Assembly: GCA_037130175.1 (NCBI GenBank)
Contig: JBAXTN010000006.1
Location: 21,829 to 85,828, forward strand
Length of the DNA: 64,000 nucleotides
Source of the DNA: a bacterium
Lineage (GTDB): Bacteria > Verrucomicrobiota > Verrucomicrobiia > Chthoniobacterales > UBA6821
Direction of reading: 5' to 3'
The notes below the pieces were generated by a model. That model was given only the letters and a program-made list of their open reading frames with translations. It did no database searches and was not told where the DNA came from. The translations under genes and the position numbers were made by a program. Positions 59,126-64,000 of the stretch are shown here, piece by piece (position 1 is the first letter of the stretch; the number at the start of each line of letters is the position of its first letter).

Positions 59126-60358
59126 CTAATTTACAGTGAGGGGTGGGGTTGCACGGAAGAGTGATGGAGGAGGGTTCCCATAGGCAGATCCGGTGGAGAG
59201 CGTTTCCTGTGATGCAGGGCCGGACATCACAGGCTGAGCCGAGGTTGAGGGATTGGTGCTTGCTGGTAATGGCGCAGATGAAATCGTGAGGGGTGTAAAC
59301 AGAAGATCCACCCGCGCCTTCTTTAAATGGACGGGTTGACCTTCATCTCCCGCCACCCTGTGAAGCGTCATGAGCACCGAGTTATCCCCTTCTTTCCAAA
59401 GCTGGGCCGGTATAAAGATCGATGCGGGTCGCCATCCTGCAAGTAGCAGGCGTCCCGAATTCGAGAAAATAGTGCTCGGGGAGCTCAGGGAGAAAGGAAG
59501 GGATCTGAGTGCTCCAAGAAATGTACCGTTGACACTCACTTCAATTGAGGATTCCGGATCAAGTCCTCCGATTTCCGCCTGAAGCATGCTCCCCTGTGGT
59601 TTGGAAGCCAGAGGAAGAATGAATTCGATGCTTCCCGCTGAATTGGGGGCATCGATTCGCCTGGGCTGTGAGGAGAGTTCAGCGTGGATGACCTTGCCTT
59701 CCTGCCGATCTCCTTCCCTGGCAGGGAGATCAGTCCCTGATATTTCTTCGGCGCTGAGCAGTGGTTCGTCTTCCGCTGCAAGTCCCGGAATAAAATCAGG
59801 GCCGAGCGCTGCGATGCTTAGTTCCCTGGCGGGCCGAAGCGTGACCGAGATCATTCTTTCAAATCTCCCTACGTATCCGACGCGCAGCATTCCTCCGTCG
59901 AGGGCAAGGGATTGAGAAATGAGCAAAGTGCGGGCATTCAATCCGAGTGCGACACCTGCCTCACCAAGGCCCGCGCTTAGCAGGACGCTCTCCCCATCCT
60001 TGGGTATCCATTCGACCACAGGGCCTCCGTCACCGTGATCCTGAAAGACGACGGTCAGCGCGAAACAGCCGATGACATCCTGCGATGCCAGGGATGGCAC
60101 GGGAATGAGCACGGAATCAGTGTCATTCTGGACAATTGCATCACTGATTTCCCAGGCGGGTCGGGTGGTTTGAATCACCTTGGGTTGAAGAGTCACTGTC
60201 AGGGGTTGGAAAGAATCAATGCCCGTGCCCGCCACTCCCTGTGAGGTTGAAATGAGAAAACATCCCACAACAAACACACGCATGAGGGTGTGCAGGAGTG
60301 CCTGTGATGGAAATGCTTTGTTCATTGCCTGTGCATCGGTGAACATTCTCCTACCCAT
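59126..60358 (-). CDS. Hypothetical exported protein, first gene of the pseudopilin operon
   Basis: 410-aa ORF with a hydrophobic N-terminal segment (LMRVFVVGCFLISTSQGVAG) and a Ser/Pro/Thr-rich C-terminus. I recognise no family. Confidence 0.55.
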   Translation of the reverse strand: MGRRMFTDAQAMNKAFPSQALLHTLMRVFVVGCFLISTSQGVAGTGIDSFQPLTVTLQPKVIQTTRPAWEISDAIVQNDTDSVLIPVPSLASQDVIGCFALTVVFQDHGDGGPVVEWIPKDGESVLLSAGLGEAGVALGLNARTLLISQSLALDGGMLRVGYVGRFERMISVTLRPARELSIAALGPDFIPGLAAEDEPLLSAEEISGTDLPAREGDRQEGKVIHAELSSQPRRIDAPNSAGSIEFILPLASKPQGSMLQAEIGGLDPESSIEVSVNGTFLGALRSLPFSLSSPSTIFSNSGRLLLAGWRPASIFIPAQLWKEGDNSVLMTLHRVAGDEGQPVHLKKARVDLLFTPLTISSAPLPASTNPSTSAQPVMSGPASQETLSTGSAYGNPPPSLFRATPPLTVN

Positions 60359-60453
60359 AGAAGTTCCGGGCGAGAAGAGTAAAACTCACCGAATCTGCAA
60401 ATAGCACTTTTCCTGATGTGGCCCTTCCCTAAGAATGCCGCTTCTGTCACCTG

Positions 60454-61707
60454 ATGCCTTTTTTTTCTTACCGAGCCCTAGATGCCGCTGGTCGCACCGA
60501 AACGGGGCGGGTCGAAGCTTTATCCGGATCTGATGCTTACCGTAAGTTGCGCGGACGAGGGCTTCAGCCTGCCAAGGTGACGGCGGAAGAGGAGTCTGCT
60601 TCCACCGGTCAGGGGAAAAAACCTGCGCTTGCGAAACTAGCGGGTGGAACGGGGGGGCAACTTCAGAAGCTTGCGTCGCAGCATTTGCTGTTTTTTACCG
60701 AGGAGTTGGCGGAGCTTCTCGACGCCGGATTACAACTCGAAGGAGCGTTGAAAGTCATCGAAGAACGCCAGGAGCGTTCCCCTGTCAAATTGGTTGCAGC
60801 AACCCTCCGCCAGCAGGTGAGGGAAGGAGTGGGATTTTCCAAGGCCCTTCGTAACTGTGGGGGGTCTTTTGATCCGCTTTATTGCAATCTGGTTGCCGCA
60901 GGTGAAGCCGGAGGAGTGTTGCCGCAGATTCTGCGCAGGCAGTGCGCTCATCTTGAGATGGTGGGGGAGTTAAGCAAGAAAGTGACTTCAGCCCTTGTCT
61001 ATCCGGCCATTGTCTTTTCATCGGCGATCCTGCTGATGTTTATTTTTCTCACATTTCTTGTACCCCAGCTTTCAGTGCTTCTTGGAAAATCCGGACAGAA
61101 ACTTCCTGTGATCACTTCGCTGTTGATCAATGTCAGTCTTTTCTGCGGACATTGGTGGTGGGCAATTCTTGCCGTGATCGGTGCGCTGGTGACAGGGGCG
61201 AGGCTGTTTGTTGCCACTCCGGGTGGACGGGAATGGTGGCATCGTTCGCAACTCAAAATTCCGGTGATTGGGGCCGTGCTCAAGGCGAGATTTTATGCCG
61301 AGGTGATGCAAAACCTCTCCACGCTAGTTTCCAACGGGGTGACGATGCTCTCTGCCATGGAGTTGATGAGGGGCGCCACCGGGAATGTCTATCTCCGTAG
61401 TCTACTCGATCAACTGACCGAAAAGGTGAGGGAGGGAAGTTCCATCGCCGCGGCAATGAAGCGGACGGGTTTCTTCCCTCCGGTGCTTCTCGACATTCTC
61501 GCGGTCGGAGAGCAGACGGGGGATCTGGCGGGAGCCTTGGCTAGGGGGGCGAAGCGTTATGACAGGGAGCTATCCTCGCGCATCCAACACCTGACTACTC
61601 TGATCCAGCCTGCAGTGATCCTGATTGTTGCTCTCTTTGTCGGCGTGGTAGCCTACTCGATGATTGCAGGCATTCTTACCAGTGTGAATTCGCTCAAAGT
61701 TCACTAG
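60454..61707 (+). CDS. gspF: T2SS inner-membrane platform protein GspF
   Basis: 417 aa with a duplicated GspF/PilC domain (FTEELAELLDAGLQLEGAL...; FYAEVMQNLSTLVSNGVTMLSAM...VGEQTGDLAGAL) and three TM segments. Confidence 0.92.
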   Translation: MPFFSYRALDAAGRTETGRVEALSGSDAYRKLRGRGLQPAKVTAEEESASTGQGKKPALAKLAGGTGGQLQKLASQHLLFFTEELAELLDAGLQLEGALKVIEERQERSPVKLVAATLRQQVREGVGFSKALRNCGGSFDPLYCNLVAAGEAGGVLPQILRRQCAHLEMVGELSKKVTSALVYPAIVFSSAILLMFIFLTFLVPQLSVLLGKSGQKLPVITSLLINVSLFCGHWWWAILAVIGALVTGARLFVATPGGREWWHRSQLKIPVIGAVLKARFYAEVMQNLSTLVSNGVTMLSAMELMRGATGNVYLRSLLDQLTEKVREGSSIAAAMKRTGFFPPVLLDILAVGEQTGDLAGALARGAKRYDRELSSRIQHLTTLIQPAVILIVALFVGVVAYSMIAGILTSVNSLKVH

Positions 61708-61785
61708 GGTCGGGCCGATTAATATTAACGATCTTTTAGATCGTCTTTTAAGGGTTGCGTCGTGATGAAAAAGTTTCTATTCTCC

Positions 61786-61809
61786 AATTGTGACGAAATT
61801 GTCACAATT
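61786..61809. promoter_or_regulatory. Perfect 9-6-9 palindrome, candidate transcription-factor operator upstream of the TpsB gene
   Basis: AATTGTGAC-GAAATT-GTCACAATT. The arms are exact reverse complements and contain TGTGA/TCACA (CRP-like half sites, but with 8-nt rather than 6-nt spacing). It lies about 87 nt upstream of GTG 61896. Confidence 0.45.
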
Positions 61810-61895
61810 AAGGATTCCAATGTTAGAAAGCTTTTCTGATAAGGTGAACCGCTATTTCCCTTATTAAAACGGGGAAGTCACTTCTTTATTCATCC

Positions 61896-63635
61896 GTGAC
61901 GCTTCATCACAGCACATCTTTATTTTGCATTTTTTGCACCCCCACGGGGTGCGGGCGAAAGGGCGTTGTGATTTTTGCCCTTCTGTCATTGGCTTTGATA
62001 TCAGAGGGGAGTGCTCAAAACGCACACACCGTGCAGGGGGATGAGCCCCCACCGGTTCCTGCCGTGGCGTCATCCCCAAGTGGTGCCTCAACCAATGCTC
62101 CCAAGGGGCAGATGCTCTATATCAAGGAGTTCCGCGTTCTTGGTTCACATCAGCTGAACCGCAGTGAGATTGAAAAAGCAGTCTATCCCTTCATGGGGCC
62201 CGAACGCACTCCTGAAGATGTCGAACAGGCGCGTGCCGCGTTGGAAAAAGTGATTCAGGACAAGGGATTTGGAACAGTAAGTGTGCAGATTCCGCAGCAG
62301 ACGGGAAAGCGAGGCATTGTTTTTCTTCAGGTTGTCGAGGCCAAGGTCGGACGGTTGAATGTCGAGGGCTCCCGTTTTTTCACGCTTGATGCAATTAAGA
62401 AAAAAGTTCCTTCCCTCGCCCCCGGAACGGTGCCCAATTTCAATCAGGTGTCGACGGAGATCATGTCACTCAATCAATGGAGTGACCGTCAGGTCATCCC
62501 ATCGATCACCCCAGGATTCGAACCCGGCACTGTCGATGTGAATCTTACGGTCAAGGATACACTTCCCTGGCATGGAAGTGCCGAGTTCAATAATCGTTAT
62601 AGTCCCAATACTGTTCCCTATCGGGTAAATCTTGCATCAAGCTACGACAATCTCTGGCAACTCGGTCACTCGATAGGCGGATCCTTTCAGGAAGCCCCCC
62701 AGAACACCTCCGAGGCTCTCAACTGGAATGTCTTTTACACAGCCCGTTTCCCTCACATCGACTGGCTACGCCTGAATCTTTCCTACGGGAGTCAGAACAG
62801 TAATGTCTCTACGCTCGGTGGTTCTGCTGTGAATGGTGCGGGACAAACGGCCGCATTCCGATTTCTGGCAGCCCTCCCCACTGAAAAGGACTTCAGTCAG
62901 TCTCTGAGTGCGGGCATTGACTTCAAGCATCTCGACCAGGCAGTCAATGCGACGGTCATCACTCCTGAATTGGCGACCCTTCCTCCCACACCCCTCGATT
63001 ACTGGCCGATCCGTATCAACTACACCGCTATTTGGACACCGAAGGACTCTACCACCATATTCAACACTGGACTTTCCTTCGGCGTTCGCGGTGCGGTCTT
63101 GCCGGTTCCCGGCTTTGGCTCATACGGCAATGAAGACCAGTTTGCCAATCTGCGTTACAATGCTGATGGGGGGTTCTTTGTTCTGAAAGGCGATCTCTCC
63201 CATACCCATGAGCTACCCGGAGGGTTCCAGATTTATGCAAAAGTCCAGGGGCAGGTTTCGCCCGAGCCGCTTGTCTACAGTGAACAGTTTGCGGCAGGTG
63301 GACTTGACACAGTGAGGGGGTATCTGGAAGGGACTGTGGCAGGCGACAATGCTTTGTTTGGGAGTGTGGAACTTCGCACTCCCTCACTTGCCGGTCATCT
63401 TGGAATCAACGAATGGCGCTTTTATGGATTCCTTGAAGGGGGGCGCGTGACAATCAACCAACCGCTCCCAGATCAACTGGCCTTCTGGAATATGGAAAGC
63501 TACGGGATCGGATCGCGCATCAGAATGTTCAAGTATCTCAACGGATCCATCGATGTGGGAGTGCCTCTGATCACCCAAACCCCCGTGATCGCCAATTCCT
63601 ATCTTGTGACCTTCCGTCTCTTTGGAGAATTTTAA
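61896..63635 (+). CDS. ShlB/FhaC/HecB-family (TpsB) outer-membrane transporter with POTRA domains
   Basis: POTRA region (IKEFRVLGSHQLNRSEIEKAVYPFMG...VVEAKVGRLNVEGSRFFTLDAIKKKVP), a 16-strand-type barrel and a C-terminal F. GTG start; the signal sequence is VVIFALLSLALISEGSAQ. Confidence 0.85.
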   Translation: MTLHHSTSLFCIFCTPTGCGRKGVVIFALLSLALISEGSAQNAHTVQGDEPPPVPAVASSPSGASTNAPKGQMLYIKEFRVLGSHQLNRSEIEKAVYPFMGPERTPEDVEQARAALEKVIQDKGFGTVSVQIPQQTGKRGIVFLQVVEAKVGRLNVEGSRFFTLDAIKKKVPSLAPGTVPNFNQVSTEIMSLNQWSDRQVIPSITPGFEPGTVDVNLTVKDTLPWHGSAEFNNRYSPNTVPYRVNLASSYDNLWQLGHSIGGSFQEAPQNTSEALNWNVFYTARFPHIDWLRLNLSYGSQNSNVSTLGGSAVNGAGQTAAFRFLAALPTEKDFSQSLSAGIDFKHLDQAVNATVITPELATLPPTPLDYWPIRINYTAIWTPKDSTTIFNTGLSFGVRGAVLPVPGFGSYGNEDQFANLRYNADGGFFVLKGDLSHTHELPGGFQIYAKVQGQVSPEPLVYSEQFAAGGLDTVRGYLEGTVAGDNALFGSVELRTPSLAGHLGINEWRFYGFLEGGRVTINQPLPDQLAFWNMESYGIGSRIRMFKYLNGSIDVGVPLITQTPVIANSYLVTFRLFGEF

Positions 63636-63656
63636 CTTTTTCAGCCCAGCTTTATC

Positions 63657-64000
63657 ATGAAAAAACGCTTCTTGTTTTCCACCGGTCGAGTCTCGATGGC
63701 TCTCCCTTTCGCAATTTTAACGGCAGCTTTCCTTTTCTCCGGATCCCTCCAGGCCAGAACATGGTGGAATGACGCATGGCGCTCTCGAACCAAAATCACG
63801 CTGGATACAACGGATAACGGGGTTCCCGTCACGGATGCTATCGGGACGGCGACAGTTCTCCTGCGTCTCCACGACGGGAATTTTAACTTTAACTCAGCCA
63901 AAGAGGACGGAAGCGATCTGAGATTTGTTACTGCTGACGACAAGACCCTGTTGGCTTCCCAAATCGAAAAATTCGATCCTGTGATGAACGAGGGATTTGT
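63657..64000 (+). CDS. DUF2341-domain protein, N-terminal 114 aa (runs off the window; often the N-terminus of MotA/TolQ/ExbB-type proteins)
   Basis: ATG 63657 gives MKKRFLFSTGRVSMALPFAILTAAFLFSGSLQA (signal). It is followed by WWNDAWRSRTKITLDT...GSDLRFVTADDKTLLASQIEKFD, matching the DUF2341 pattern. The frame is open to the window end. Confidence 0.65.
   Translation, partial: MKKRFLFSTGRVSMALPFAILTAAFLFSGSLQARTWWNDAWRSRTKITLDTTDNGVPVTDAIGTATVLLRLHDGNFNFNSAKEDGSDLRFVTADDKTLLASQIEKFDPVMNEGF

Noticed and set aside
61765-61839. 24-codon mini-ORF (MKKFLFSNCDEIVTIKDSNVRKLF) spanning the 61786 palindrome.
   Set aside because: It has no RBS and no conservation evidence. The palindrome itself explains the sequence constraint better, so the ORF is left as an untested alternative.

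Overview
This 64-kb chromosomal segment looks like a PVC-superphylum genome, most likely Verrucomicrobiota. That placement is an inference from PEP-CTERM-anchored beta-helix and HAF-repeat proteins, a T2SS-like locus and overall gene content; there is no rRNA in the window to confirm it. There are roughly 60 genes, mostly core housekeeping: mfd (5' end cut by the window edge), surA-like/pdxA, lysS, a lolE-like permease, rnc, tRNA-Lys(CUU), the rplKAJL-rpoBC block followed directly by rpsB-tsf, a ptsN-like gene, argS, nrdD/nrdG, rpmG-rpsR behind a DksA-like gene, hisS, aspS, apaG, a PPTase and a DEAD-box helicase. Three parts look accessory. (i) 11.1-18.9 kb is a visibly AT-richer patch next to the tRNA, with PEP-CTERM/HAF surface proteins bracketed by two Gly/Tyr/Asn-rich lipoproteins. 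(ii) 19.2-22.6 kb holds an Spt-like alpha-oxoamine synthase, a large GNAT and an extended SDR, which matches the logic of the bacterial ceramide pathway (Spt/bCerS/CerR). (iii) 51.3-61.7 kb is a T2SS-like locus (unknown-gspG-H-I-J-K-L-M-C/PilP-like-gspD on the minus strand, gspF divergent, no gspE or gspO), followed by an orphan TpsB transporter and a DUF2341 protein. The most unusual single observation is that the class III ribonucleotide reductase gene nrdD stops before its glycyl-radical loop. That loop is instead encoded by a separate 67-codon ORF in another frame, 19 nt downstream. No CRISPR array, transposase, integrase or rRNA gene is visible.
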